64,000 nucleotides of DNA from Sporopachydermia quercuum (lineage: Eukaryota). The translations under genes and the position numbers were made by a program. The notes below the pieces were generated by a model that saw nothing but the letters and a program-made list of their open reading frames with translations, was not told where the DNA came from and searched no databases. Location of the stretch: contig BCGN01000001.1 in assembly GCA_001599295.1 (NCBI GenBank), positions 558,001-622,000 on the forward strand, given 5' to 3'. This document shows positions 11,801 through 24,900 of this stretch, one piece after another; positions within the stretch are counted from its first letter, which is position 1; each line of letters starts with the position of its first letter.

Positions 11801-12670
11801 ATGTTCAAAAGAGCTTTGGGCAGTAGAACCTTCCTGCGGTTCTCCTCAACATCATCATCACATGAACAATTAAGCCATTTCAACGAACTAGCTGACACAT
11901 GGTGGCACACTTCTGGATCACAGAGGATTTTACATAAAATGAATCTCCTCAGAATGGATTTCATCCTAAATACATTAAAAGAACAGGCAAAGATATCAGC
12001 ATTCGTTCCTGGTTATTCGTTAAATTTCTTCCCAGAAGACGTGAAAGAACAAATCATCGATGAACAAAGCAAAGCAAGAGAAGAAGTATTCAAAACCGTT
12101 TCAGATCTGAAGGTACTAGATATTGGATGTGGAGGTGGAATTCTTTCAGAAAGCTTAGCCAGAATGAAATTCATTGAAAGTGTTCGAGGAATTGATTTGA
12201 GTGATGAGGTACTGAAATTTGCAGAAGAACATAAGAAGAAAGATCCGATTTTGAGAAATAAGCTAATATATGAGAAGAAAGAGATAAGTCAAGTTGAAGA
12301 GGAGGGAGAATATGATATGGTGACAATGTTTGAAGTTTTAGAGCATGTTGATTACCCTGCAGAAGTATTAAGTGAAGGCCTAAAAAGAGTGAAAAAAGGA
12401 GGTTGGTTATTTCTTAGTACGATCAACAGAACTCCTGTTTCCTTTTTCACTACAATATTCATGGGAGAATATATATTGGGAGTTGTACCTAAAGGTACAC
12501 ATGAATATTATAAATACATCAATGAGAGTGAGTTAAGAGACTGGTTGAAAAAGAAGAATGAGTTTGAAGTAGTTAAGAGTCAAGGGTGTTTATACATTCC
12601 AGCTTATGGATGGAAGCTTACTGATAACAAGAGTGTTGGAAATTATTTTATGGCTCTTTATAAGAAATGA
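11801..12670 (+). CDS. COQ3: Ubiquinone biosynthesis O-methyltransferase Coq3, 289 aa
   Basis: Mitochondrial-type basic N-terminus, LHKMNLLRMDFI, SAM motif VLDIGCGGGILSESLAR, FEVLEHV and VPKGTH. Confidence 0.96.
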   Translation: MFKRALGSRTFLRFSSTSSSHEQLSHFNELADTWWHTSGSQRILHKMNLLRMDFILNTLKEQAKISAFVPGYSLNFFPEDVKEQIIDEQSKAREEVFKTVSDLKVLDIGCGGGILSESLARMKFIESVRGIDLSDEVLKFAEEHKKKDPILRNKLIYEKKEISQVEEEGEYDMVTMFEVLEHVDYPAEVLSEGLKRVKKGGWLFLSTINRTPVSFFTTIFMGEYILGVVPKGTHEYYKYINESELRDWLKKKNEFEVVKSQGCLYIPAYGWKLTDNKSVGNYFMALYKK

Positions 12671-12907
12671 GTGAAGAGGAAAATAGAAGAATTGAAGATT
12701 TCATGAACCGAGATGCCTTCTAAAAGCAGCATAAAAATACGCTGTTCATCGGACAGAGTTAGAACTTCAGAAATCGTTTGCCTACTGTATAATGAAAATA
12801 TCAATCACTAAAACCTGTAGATAAATTTTATTGAGCTGATGATTAAAATTTNAGTGACATATCTTACATATTGCATTATTATGTATCAACGCTAAGTTCA
12901 ACTCCTT

Positions 12908-13659
12908 TCATTCCGCTGTAACTTGTTCTTTCTTCTCTGTTTCAGGAGGCTCATCAATAAACGTTGGTAAGGAATCTTCAGCCAAATAACTTGGTGCAGC
13001 TTCATCTTGAGCTTCAAATTCCATTTCCTCTCCTAATGCTTCCAATTCAGCATCAAGTTCACTCTCACTTATGTCATCTGGTACATCATAACTTCTACCC
13101 ATTGTGTCTTGTAATTCCTGTGACATGTCAATTAAATCTGCCATTTCATCTTGTAAATCCTCAATCTTATCAATATCAATCTTTCCATATTGTTTTCTTA
13201 GTTCTTTATTGGCAGACTTCATGGCATCCACTGTTACCATAACATTACGAAGATTATCGGTTGTCATTGCTGCTTGGGACATATTCCAACTTTGAGACTC
13301 TAAACTTGATTTTTGTGCTTCTATTTGCTTTCTTTGTTTCAACACTTTCAATGCTTTTTGTTTTAATGCATTCTTTCCTGGCCCATCTCTCATCCTGCTG
13401 ATTTTCTGCTGGTATGTAGATAACTCAGCATTGAGTTTAGTTAGCTTCACGTCTAGCGTAGCAACTCTTTCATCTATCTAAAAGCATAGTTAGTGATCTA
13501 GCTCTAGGCATATCAGCTTAAAATTAATTGATTACTTCAGAGTAAATGCTCTATTAACATCAATATGTTTTCGTTCAAATTCTGGTGACTTACTCCATTG
13601 ACAGCATCTGTTAAAGATGGCTTTGGGGCAGAGCTTTTAGATCCAAATAATCGATTCAT
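12908..13659 (-). CDS. VPS60: ESCRT-III Snf7-family protein Vps60, 211 aa; exons 13659-13594, 13477-12908
   Basis: Exon 1 is MNRLFGSKSSAPKPSLTDAVNG. The intron (13593-13478) is GTAAGT...CACTAAC-11nt-TAG. Exon 2 contains QSWNM, YGKIDIDKIEDLQDEM and ELDAELEAL. Confidence 0.95.
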
Positions 13660-15692
13660 TGTGAAATGGGCAGATGTCTGATCTATATTGTATTGACAAA
13701 TTCTTTAGCAGTTCCAATCAAGCAATTGATTCTGTTTATTCTCAGATTGCCCTTATTCCAACGAGCTGGTGATAATACCTGAGTTCTCTATGTTTCTAAG
13801 GCAACTCCTGGTAAATGGATGGATGACTAACTTATTCTCCTGATTCCCAGTTGGTGCTTGTGAATAGTGTAAGCCTTTGACAAAACTAAATGCTCCAAAA
13901 CGATCTGTATTTGATTACATGTCAAATAATCATTGACATCACGATGTCAATACGTTGAACTTCCAGTTAGTGGTAAATAGCTATGTCCTTGAAAGGACGA
14001 TAAGCCGATGAGAGGCAGAGACTTATCGGTTACAAAGCATCCGACAGATGCTAAGACTATTGGAGGGGGTGAGGGGGTGTGTGAAAGACAATAATATATC
14101 GGAAAAGATGAAAATGACTCAAATAGATTCCGAAATTTTTTTGGCGATTGGAAAATGAAAATAGGAGAGTGATTGATAGTACAAACCATGTTCTGACAAT
14201 TTTGGCAAATATCAGGTCGTGGGGATAGTATCAGCATGATATAGAAAGAAAATGTAATAATAGGCAATCCACCTGATGTATTGAACCGCATCAAAACTCT
14301 ATGTTTTATCTTACTATAATACAGATAATAACATATCCAAAGGTACAATCTAAAGAACTATTAGATATCAACTGTATACATGTGAGAGAAAGCTCACTGA
14401 TCTCCAGAACGAGGGCTTCGAAAAGACGGTCAACCAATGAATATTATATCTACGTTTCTCAATTACAATTTCATGTTCTGCAAGTATCAGTTGATCGTCA
14501 GTTGTGTATAACATTGAAAGTACTATCAAGCAAGTAGCTTCTTAACTCCGTTCTTAAGTTGTTCAACCGAGTCTTATCCGCGGTCCCAAAAATTCCAAAA
14601 TGAGTGATTCATATAAAATCAGTTGATCTCCATATGCTGGTAACCTACTGAGCACCCTCTTTATTGATCGGCGAATCAAATACACAGCAAATGCGACAAG
14701 TTCCTGTTCCATAGAAGATCCAGATAACTCATGTTTGTTGTCTCTTACTGAATATAAGAAAATATAACTCTGAATATATAAAAGTATATCAGTCCAAGTA
14801 GGTAATTACTCAGTACGATGTCATCCCACTCTTATTGTTCGATTCTATGATTACATAATCTCTCAACATTTGTAAGCTTATTAATGAATCATTCAGCAGG
14901 TTAGTCATTCTCGGATTAACTCTCTTTCACCATATTTAGCCCTCTTATCTTGTTGAACTAGCTTCTGTCGTTGCTTCTATTAAGCTGAGAACTACTGTAT
15001 TTCTTCAGCTTACTCATTGCTTGTTTTGCTCAATATAGTCTGATTTACTACTAAATCACTCGGATTTACCTGACCCTGGTGCCAGCTATTAAATTTTTCA
15101 CCCCACAATCCGTCAAATGTGTACCGAAGAATCTTTAGTCCTTTACCAGGAAAACCGTTGAAGGGCAGTTCTAAAGACTGTCACATCATGTAACATCTAT
15201 GAAGTACTATGGATCAGATATACTTTTCCAATACTACTGTAATACTAAATTCACTCGCGGATGGTTATTCTCACAAATTAATAAAACTGATTTTTATAGT
15301 ACTGTTTCTACGTTAAGTAAAATACTCACTTTATTTTCATGCTCTTTGAACTATATTCCTTTTTTCTAGTACTAATGCATAACTACACATACACTCTTCA
15401 CTTCCCATGGCTAATTAATGCTCATGTCATCGTTTATTACCAACGCTTCAGTACACTCACACTTTTATATAATCAAATCACTCTTGTACGTAACACATTC
15501 TATTGAATGAAAATCGCTACAAAGTTCCCCTCTTGGAGCTCTTGATTAACCACGAAAGACATTTGTTCTTCTTGATTATTGTAAATGAATTGAATGAAGG
15601 AGCAAGTTAGATGAAAAGAAAAGCAGCTGATAATTATTTGCTAATACATGTGAGAACTTTTTGGCAATTTATAAGTAGTAGAATCAGAAGAA

Positions 15693-16530
15693 ATGTCTAA
15701 ATTCAATACTATTGAAGAAGCATTGAAAGACTTTCGTAAGTGTTGATATTGAAATGATTTGAGTTAGGATGAGATGGGCTAAGTGAAAAGTGACAAGGAA
15801 TCAGGGAGAAAGTATATCTTTAACTTGTGTCCTTGGGCAGCTCGAAGCACAAGGAAATTGGCGAAGAAGATATTGTCTGATGTCCAAATGTACTCATTTA
15901 CTGTATTTGCATTGCATTGCTAACATAGATGAAGGTGCTGGAAAGTTCCTGGTAGTATTAGATGATGAATCAAGAGAAAATGAAGGAGACTTAATTATGG
16001 CAGCAGAATTAATCACGACAGAAAAAATGGCTTTTTTGGTTCGTTGGTCATCAGGTTACATATGTGCTCCTCTCTCGCAAGAAAGAGCTGATAAACTTGA
16101 CTTACCATATATGTTAGATCCCTCGTTACAAACAGATAGACATGGTACTGCGTACACAATTACTGTTGATTACGCTGAAGGCACAACCACAGGGATTTCT
16201 GCCCAAGACAGGGCTCTGACGTGTCAAAAGCTTGCTAATCCTACAAGCAACCCTAAAGATTTCTTACGCCCTGGGCACATTGTCCCTCTAAGAGCTGTTG
16301 ACGGTGGGGTTTTGAAAAGAGACGGACATACTGAAGCAAGTGTTGATTTATGCAAACTAAGTGGACTCCAACCAGCTGCAGTAATATGTGAATTGGTTCG
16401 AGAAGAAGACGGATTAATGGCACGACGTGATGATTGTTTCAAGTTTGCAGAAAAATGGGAACTGAAAGTTATTACTATTGTTGCCCTTAAAGAGTATATT
16501 CTTTCCAGAACAAACGGTGATTCTAATTAG
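15693..16530 (+). CDS. RIB3: 3,4-dihydroxy-2-butanone-4-phosphate synthase Rib3, about 212 aa; exons 15693-15735, 15935-16530 (alternative exon 2 start at 15929)
   Basis: Exon 1 is MSKFNTIEEALKDF, followed by GTAAGT at 15736 and branch TGCTAAC. Exon 2 contains VLDDESRENEGDL, TTGISAQDR, RPGHIVPL and GHTEA. Confidence 0.95.
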
Positions 16531-16610
16531 CCCTAGATTTATCATCAGGCTTGGTTGTATGTATCATTAGTTTCACTCTTCTCATTATGATCATATTTCA
16601 TCTTCACCTT

Positions 16611-16628
16611 CATCATCATCATCATCAT
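16611..16628. repeat. (CAT)6 microsatellite
   Basis: catcatcatcatcatcat in the convergent 3' region between RIB3 and WRS1. Confidence 0.8.
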
Positions 16629-16968
16629 CGATCAGATATTCGTTTCATTCATCAATCATCATAAGTAGCATTTAACTGATTGGTGGCGTTCCTGCAATTT
16701 TCCTTATCTTCATTTTTAATGACGTTTGAATATAGAGAATGTTATGTTGGACATGTATATNAGTGTAGAAATGTAGATATCATTTAAAAGAAATCTTCTC
16801 GTGATAAAGAGAAGCATAGCTGTTTTACCATGGACTATAATTAAAAATCTATTCATTCATCTACAAAAAAAAAAGTTANTCAAATCGTTATATTAGTATC
16901 TGGTCTTCTATTATTGTATAGAAACAGGCAAACAGGTAGTCTCAAGCCATCAATCTACACAAATTTAA

Positions 16969-18249
16969 TCATTTCTTACTCTTCTTTTCTCTAAGTTTGA
17001 TAGGAACTAAACGTTCTTGAGTGCCCCACTCGAGAGTTCTATCACTTCTCATATACTCCCTAACGGCTTCGTCTGTTAATTTAGCTCTTCTTTCTTGAAA
17101 TTCACCAACAAATTGTTGTAAGACCTTAATACATTCAATCTTCAATTCACCAGTCAACATTTCTCCACTCTTATAAGCGTTATAGATTCTTTCAAGTTTC
17201 TCATCGTCATCTTCAAAAAAGGTCAAATATTGATAAGCTACATCAACATCAGGATTACCACCATATTTTCTTTGTTCTTCCAAAGTAGTTCTTCCTCCAG
17301 AGAAAGCATACTTCTTGATTTTTTTGTCAATTTGCTTTGGAGTGTCAGTCATAAAGACAGCACTAGTTTCCGATGAGGCAGACATTTTTGTTTGTGAGCC
17401 TTGTAAAGCAGGGAAAAACTTAGTATGAATCAAACTTGGTTTAGGATATTTCAGTTTTTGAGCAACATCTCGTGATAGTCTGAAATATGGATCTTGATCA
17501 ATTGCGCAAGGAATTAAACAGGGGATATCCTTTCTATCACCAAAAATGAAGGGAAAAGAGTTTGAGAATGCTGTTGAAATTTGAATAGAAGCAAAATGGA
17601 TCTTTCCAATGTTATCACTGTCTTGGAAACCAAATATAGCTTTGGCTGTTGATGTGGTTATTTGCCGAGCAACTCTTACAACGTTTTCATATAAAGCTCC
17701 ACCCATATACTCTAAATCGCTGAACATAAATGTCTTCTTGGGATCAAGTCCCACAGCTGCAATATCCTTTGCATTTTCAAGAGCAAACTGCTTAACATCT
17801 TCAATCTTCAATTTAGGCTTGAACAAGAATTTCTCGTCATCAGTTAACTCGATGATGAGAGGAACATCAAATACATCTTGCAGCCATTTGGTGAAAATGA
17901 ATGGTGCCATATGACCCAAATGCATAGAGTCACTAGAAGGACCTCTACCAGTATAAAGAAAAAAAGGCTCACCATGTTCATACCTATCAAGAATGGCATT
18001 AAGATCACGTTCGGAGAAGAAAAGACCTCTTCTAAGAAATCTATGAGGTCTGTGGCCAGTAGCTTCTTCGAACCGAGCCAATGTCTCAGGTGTGATCTTT
18101 CTGGTACCGAACTGAGCAATCAACTTATCATAATCAATTTCTTGAGCTTCCCCGTCAACAACGGCCCCTTCGACTTCCCAGGGTGTCACAACTTGTTCAT
18201 GAGCTCCTTTGATGTCGAGCTTCTCAATGGCCGGAGTAGATTCTGTCAT
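16969..18249 (-). CDS. WRS1: Cytoplasmic tryptophanyl-tRNA synthetase Wrs1, 426 aa from ATG 18249
   Basis: [27 protein letters not shown] (HIGH-like), [10 protein letters not shown] and KMSAS (KMSKS-like). A probable upstream intron spans 18361-18263. Confidence 0.97.
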   Translation of the reverse strand: MTESTPAIEKLDIKGAHEQVVTPWEVEGAVVDGEAQEIDYDKLIAQFGTRKITPETLARFEEATGHRPHRFLRRGLFFSERDLNAILDRYEHGEPFFLYTGRGPSSDSMHLGHMAPFIFTKWLQDVFDVPLIIELTDDEKFLFKPKLKIEDVKQFALENAKDIAAVGLDPKKTFMFSDLEYMGGALYENVVRVARQITTSTAKAIFGFQDSDNIGKIHFASIQISTAFSNSFPFIFGDRKDIPCLIPCAIDQDPYFRLSRDVAQKLKYPKPSLIHTKFFPALQGSQTKMSASSETSAVFMTDTPKQIDKKIKKYAFSGGRTTLEEQRKYGGNPDVDVAYQYLTFFEDDDEKLERIYNAYKSGEMLTGELKIECIKVLQQFVGEFQERRAKLTDEAVREYMRSDRTLEWGTQERLVPIKLREKKSKK

Positions 18250-18908
18250 TGCTATTATTATGCTAACCAAACGTCAGCAATTAGACCGCTATTATACAAC
18301 AAAAATAGGTCTGGATATCCCTAAATCCTGTTCAAATTCGATAATACTATTGTTTCCTTACTGAATTGAGTTCATAAACGAAATTATCAAGTTCCTATTT
18401 ATAATAACTATTTGTTTAATGTTGTTTCATACTTTTTAGTTTTTGTTTTGGAGGTTACAAATCTTTCAACATTTATGTTTACGTAAACTATATATAATTA
18501 GAGGGTAATATTGATTTAATAGATTACGTAACCAAATATAGAAGAATAGATTAGATAAACGAAATGAGGTTGGTGGATGGAAGATGAGGTTGAATCTTGA
18601 ACTAATTCGAACGCTTGGTCTATAGATTGATTGTCACTTAATAATGTTGTTCTTATTATTACCTGACTTGTCTTATTTAATTCGTAGCCAGTGAACTATA
18701 GCGAGTATCTATGTACTTCATTTATGTAAGGGAAGCAGGTTCATGTGTATGTAACGAGATAAGGCAAATTTTAGATCAAATAATCAGATAAGTAAAAGTC
18801 CAGCCGATAAGAAATGATAGAGAGCGGCATATAGTATTGATTGATAATATCAATACTATTGATACTGCATTAATGGCTAAAGCTATATACATATAGCCAT
18901 CTTTGTGT

Positions 18909-19817
18909 TTATTTCTCTCGGAATATTTCTGTGATTGGTAAACCTTGACATGAATTTCTAGATAGCAAAGTAGAGTCGAACGTCAACCATTGAGGATCAT
19001 GACTTCCAGTAAAGATATCGCCTTTAGGTGAAGCTGACTCAGAGTCATTGGTATTCGTGTTTGATTTAGCTGAGCCTGCTTTCGAGAAAGATAAGACTCC
19101 GGAAAGAAGATGTCTAAGTGATACATCTCGTTCATCCTTGGTATATAGTTCTCCATTTTCCACAACAGAAGAGCAATCACTAGAATCAGATTTACCAAAA
19201 AGTATATGTCTAGGCACGTACCTCGCTCTCGTTGCCCCAGATGTTCTCAGCAAAGCTGATGGTTTTACAAGTTTCCACGACCTTCTCCTATGTAATATTG
19301 CGTTTAGTGAGGGTATTTTTCTCCTAGTTCTTGAAGTTTGACTACTTGTGATCCTCTCTGTGTCTGATGGTACATATAAAACTGTATGAGCATTGGTTTC
19401 TTTCCCCGAGGTCACATGGCTGGATATGCTCTCATGCGAGTACTCTTGGAGACCATCATTCAGGTGATAAGTAGATACTAACTTTGGGTTTGAAAATGCA
19501 ATATCAACGGTTTCGTAGTCGGAGCCAGTTTTCTGTTTTGGAGCCGGGTTTGTTGGTTTCAATTGCTGTAATTGTAATTGAGAACGAAACGACACCCGTA
19601 TTGATGAGATATCAGGATTGTAGCCTTCAGAGCCGTCTGAGCCTTCACTGATAATAGATTGAAATGTTTCTCTCCTTTTCTCTTTCTTTTTTCTGGCTTT
19701 GTTGGTTAATGGCCATAGCTCTTCATCGTATACAAGGGTATTATTATCTAAAAGTTGGCTGTAGCATGATATTTTACTATATTGTTTGATGGGTATTATT
19801 TCTTTGTGTAGCTGCAT
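18909..19817 (-). CDS. Hypothetical Ser-rich, basic protein, 302 aa, no recognisable domain
   Basis: ATG-initiated 909-bp ORF that overlaps no other gene. It is too long to be likely by chance in AT-rich DNA. Confidence 0.65.
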   Translation of the reverse strand: MQLHKEIIPIKQYSKISCYSQLLDNNTLVYDEELWPLTNKARKKKEKRRETFQSIISEGSDGSEGYNPDISSIRVSFRSQLQLQQLKPTNPAPKQKTGSDYETVDIAFSNPKLVSTYHLNDGLQEYSHESISSHVTSGKETNAHTVLYVPSDTERITSSQTSRTRRKIPSLNAILHRRRSWKLVKPSALLRTSGATRARYVPRHILFGKSDSSDCSSVVENGELYTKDERDVSLRHLLSGVLSFSKAGSAKSNTNTNDSESASPKGDIFTGSHDPQWLTFDSTLLSRNSCQGLPITEIFREK

Positions 19818-21935
19818 TGCAAGGGTATTTCATTCAATAGCTTCAGAAGACACTTGCAATAGTATCATTCAAATTGTACTCATATGAATTTTTTGCTTGA
19901 ATTATATTTTCTTTTTAGTATCTACTAGATTATGACCGAGCCGAAAAGACTGCTCCACTCTACTCGTTTTGCTTAACTGTTTGAATGACATATGAATAGC
20001 AAACAATAAATGTAAGTGAGAAGAAAGGCAGAAGTAGGACATCGGTGGAAAGGTTAGCTTTATATATAAAACTGCCTTTCGATTCTCATATTTACTTGAT
20101 CTCGTAGTTTTCAGAATTGACCCACCTGCGGTAAGAGTTACAATGTACCTTATTTTGATACAGCCACCTGAGATAAGAAAGGCTAGTGAAATCGCGAACC
20201 TCTGTAGTTTACAATGTTAGAATATTCAATTTCAGCCTATTTATTAAGAGTTTTCACTCCGTGAGTACTGTTTATAGACGTTGAACATAAGCCAAGCTGG
20301 TCAGCAAACTTCATCATAAAGCATAGATATAAGGTACGAATCTTCTAGCACTATGTAAGTAGTACCTGTGTAGGCCGTTCCAGCTCGAGACAATACCTAC
20401 AAAGTCTCTTGCATCATTGAATAAGTAAAATGAAACAGAGTATCATAGTAAGTTTTAGGTCTTTGTTGTGATCATTTCAGCCTTTGCATCTTTTTTATCA
20501 GATCACTATTCAGTCCCTTTTCCCTTATCTTTAGAGCCTTCTTCTGTCTTATTTCATCATTATTCTGTCTTTAATCGCCAATCCCACCTCACACATACAC
20601 ACAGCGCTCATGCATGCATGAATGTTTCCCCTTGCAGCACATCTTGTCATTAATCAAGCTCTCCCTAAGGTGGTTATGCGTACCTTTCATTGTTAGACAA
20701 TAGACTATTTGCAGTTTATATTTATTAGTTGGTTTTCATTACTATTAAATTCATTATTAACTACTGAAACAAATCTTCAAGCATATTTACCCTATTTTTA
20801 TAGTTCTTCCTTTACCTGCTCTAGCACACTACCCTTCTTTCATATACTGCACTAATGCGCATCTTCCTGCGCAATGATGTACGTCTACACAAAAGCAGTT
20901 CTCCTCTCAGTATGCTTTACATGTCATCTCATCCTAAACACCAGCCTCGACATCTTCTTTGATTGAGAATGTCCTTTGTTTGCTGATAAACAGTGGAAAA
21001 TGCGTAAAGGATATAGATTTCAAGATAATATATTTTGACTGTATTGTCATTCCCTAATACCGTGAATTACTGTTTGATTTTAGGTGATTGATCTAAAAAC
21101 AGTTGCTGGTATTTATCTATTGATTAAAGTATCTATCTTGATTAGCTAGATATACACAAAGGATACAACTAAACTGGGTTGGGCGATTAGTTAATTGCAA
21201 TCAACACCAAGACTGTATGCTAATTTATGTTAGCAAGCAGCTTATATGGTAGACCTGATTGATTGGTTGGTAGAAAAAACGTCTGGAAAGGACAGTGATC
21301 TGTTTATGAGTAGTTCAACTACAAGTATTTGTATCATTAATAAGGTCCTAGGAGTGGTAGCCAGCTGATGTTGTGAAAGAGAATTTGAATATTCAGTTTC
21401 AGCACGTTGAAAATAGTGAAGAACTAATTGAATACCACATAATATCTATTGGCTTGGCCATATAGTAAGAGTATAACTAATAGGACATATTGATCTTAAG
21501 CTGTTCAACTGGTTCATTTTAAGATTTGCTTCATTGTTAGCCAGTGCATTGCAGCTAAAGCTAACAACAACAGATCAGGATCCGCTAACTGGACTAGACT
21601 ATTGACTATAACGTATCTAACGAACTTGTCAATCTGTCATCAAAAGTTGAGTATATTGAAATTGTATCAGTAAGCAGCTTCAAATGATACAAGGAGAGTA
21701 ATACCAAGGATAGTCACTATTTGTCGCATCAATATTTCGTACAGTTCGTTTATCACATAATCTATGAATCTGCATCTGAAAGCATACAAACTGGCTTTGT
21801 TGTTTAATTGTGCCTACTTATCACTTTCATGTTCATGGTATATTTTTCTGAGGGAAGTATTTTCATAGAGCTCGGTTCAATTGCATTTATTCATCACATT
21901 ACTCTTATCATATCTATAAGCATCAAGTCATATCG

Positions 21936-24900
21936 ATGTCGCATTCTGCATTATCAATAACACCGCCTTCTTCTATGGCTGGAAACATGAAACCATCGTT
22001 AAACTATGATGGAATAGCAGCATCTTCTGAATATTCCAAATCGGCTGCTGAATGGTCTGAAAAAGGTGCCGCTACCATCGTTAAACAAGAAACCGATGCA
22101 AGCGGTAAAACTTCAACTGTTATTGTTAAAAAAGGTGTGAAGGATTTCCATTTCGGTAACGTTATAGGTGAAGGTTCTTATTCTACAGTCTTACTAGGAA
22201 CTGATAAAGGATCATCCAAAAACTATGCAGTGAAAGTTCTAGATAAAAGGCATATCATTAAAGAGAAGAAAGTGAAATATGTTACAATAGAAAAAAATAC
22301 ATTGAACAGACTGGGAAACCATCCTGGCATAATAAAGCTTTATTATACTTTCCAGGATGAGGCCAGTCTTTATTTTGTATTGGATTATGCTACAAATGGT
22401 GAGCTTCTTAGTTTAATCAAAGAACTGGGTTCATTAAGTGAGGAATGCACACGTTACTATGGAATGCAACTGTTAGACGCTATCAGATTCATGCATTCGC
22501 GTGGAGTCATCCACAGAGATTTGAAACCGGAAAATATTCTATTGGATTCTAAATATCGTATAGTTATTACTGATTTCGGCACCGCTAAATTATTAGATCC
22601 AATACCAGAATCTGACTCAAGCTCAAGCTTGAAAAAAGGCGTTCGATATCCCATTGATGAAGTAAGAGCCAGCTCATTTGTCGGTACGGCAGAATATGTT
22701 TCTCCAGAGCTTTTAACTGATAAAGCATGTGGGAAGGCTTGTGATATATGGGCTTATGGTTGTATTATCTATCAATTAATTGCTGGAAAGCCCCCTTTCA
22801 AAGCTCAGAATGAATATCTGATATTCCAAAAGATTACCAAACTGCAATATGCTTATCCTCCAAGATTTCCTGCTTTAATCAGAGATTTAATTAAGCATAT
22901 TCTAGTCACTAACCCTAAACGAAGATATACTGTATCTCAGATTCAACGTCATGCTTTTTACCAAGGAATCAACTGGAAAGATTCTAAAACCATTTGGAAT
23001 TCATATCCTCCTGAGTTGAAATCGTTTGTTCCTAGTGCTAATTCTGCATCTATATCAACATCTGCATTGCCACTTGCTACTACTACATCTTCTGGATTAG
23101 TCACCTCGGCATCTACCGGTGGTTTGAAAGCTGCTAACCCTAGGGTTTATCCTGCATCTACATCTTTAGGACCGCAGGCAAGTCTTCGCAATAAGAACGC
23201 AGCAAAGAAAACACGAAACGCCGGAAATGCTGCGGCTGCTGCTTCGTTAGCTTTGAATAGAAAACCAGAAGATATCATCCAGGAACAAAACAATGCAAAC
23301 CACTCTGCAAATCATCATGGTAATGCAGGTGATGATAGATCTGTCAATGAATTTATATCTGGTAGCAGTGGCATGAGAATTACCCTTAGAGGTGTTAGCG
23401 GAGGAGGAATGTCGAACATGGGATCCTCAAGAAAGAGTTCGGAAATGGTTAGAAAGTCTCCAGTGATTCCTGCTGTGGTTTCTCTACCATCATCTTCTGC
23501 AGACACTCCAATGCCTCCAACGCCTCATTCTGCTCATCCTCCCCCCCCTTCTCTGGCTCCTCCTGTGGCACCCCCTCCGCCTCCTCCTGCAACTTTGGAG
23601 CCCACTATTCCTGTGTCGCCTTCAGTTCCAGTAACATATTTTAGAGACCAACAAAACAGTACAGGCTCTGAAAGAAACACAGGGTCAGGTTCATATATTA
23701 GTGAGAAAAGCATACAGTTTGATTCAGTCGCAGCTTCCACTTCAGATATTCCTCAAGTCGAAAGGCTCAGTTTGAGAGATACAAATAAGAATTCCAATGT
23801 GGAATCTGTAGAGTATTCAAGAAAAGCGGCTGCCACGGCTTCCGACCAATCATCAACGTCTCCTGATTCGATCCCATTACCTGAAGTAGTGAAATCAGGT
23901 ACTGGAGCTGTTCCACCTATGTCATACGCAGATATTCAGCTCTCATCATTATTAACTAGTGTAAATGAACGAATTCTCAAATTTGGAGCCGTATATGTGT
24001 TGCCTTATAGTCCGATAGATGCTCCTGATGGTGCAACTTTAGGTCAAAAAGCTGTTTCCAGCTCATCGGGAAGTGGAGTAGCTAGAACCACTTCAAGAAG
24101 TTGTGATGTTCATGATTCTGCAGGAGATAATGATGAAGAGTCTGCTGAATTTAATGGCAAAGAAAAGAAGAAGTTTTTGAGAGCTTTCAGTGGTTCTGGG
24201 TCAAGTCTGGGATCCGCCAAGTTGAAGAGATCCAATACTGGAAGTTCATTAAAAAAAACTCTAACTAACAGTAGCTCCGATTTGACTTTACCCAATACAA
24301 CACTGGTGAATTATGTGGAAGACGAAGATGATGATACTATAGCCGTCGCAGGTAGTAATGATAGGATTAGTAATCGATATGGTACGAGAATACCAGCAGT
24401 TGTTTTGTATGATGTATTTGAAAACTCAAAGAATGAAGCTAACGGTGAAGAAAAGAGTGGCAAAGCAAGGCTAAAGAAGCTAATGAGAATCACGTCGCAT
24501 AACTATGAAAACGTGGATATTAAAAATTTGAATGCAGCCGCAGTAAGAACTAGTATTTTGCATGAATGGGAAAAGAAGTATCTCAAAATCAAGTCGAAAC
24601 GCCTACTGGTAGTCACGTCCTTTGGAAGAATAATTATATGTTCACAAAAAGAAATAAGATCTTTTGAAGGATTACCAGGTGATAACAATGGCAATGGGCT
24701 AGGTAACTTTAGAAGTAGCTCGAGTCTGACATTAAAGACACGATCATCGTCAGCAGCTTTGATAGCATCGACAATAGCTGCAGCATCTTCCACTGCCAAA
24801 TCGACAATCAAAGGCACAGCTGGGTCGAATTCGGATGACGGTAAATTCAAGGTGGTGATCAATATTTGTCATATGGGAGTTCAGATCAAACGGCCTACTA

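Noticed and set aside
13947..14537. Intergenic ORFs of 133 and 78 aa between VPS60 and RIB3
   Set aside because: No recognisable motifs, composition typical of random AT-rich DNA, and no workable splice model.
22311..22820. Possible CUG reassignment (Ser or Ala), as in several yeast clades
   Set aside because: CTG occupies conserved Leu positions in Pkh (LNRL at 22311, NEYL at 22818) and Rib3 (DRALT at 16216), consistent with the standard code.
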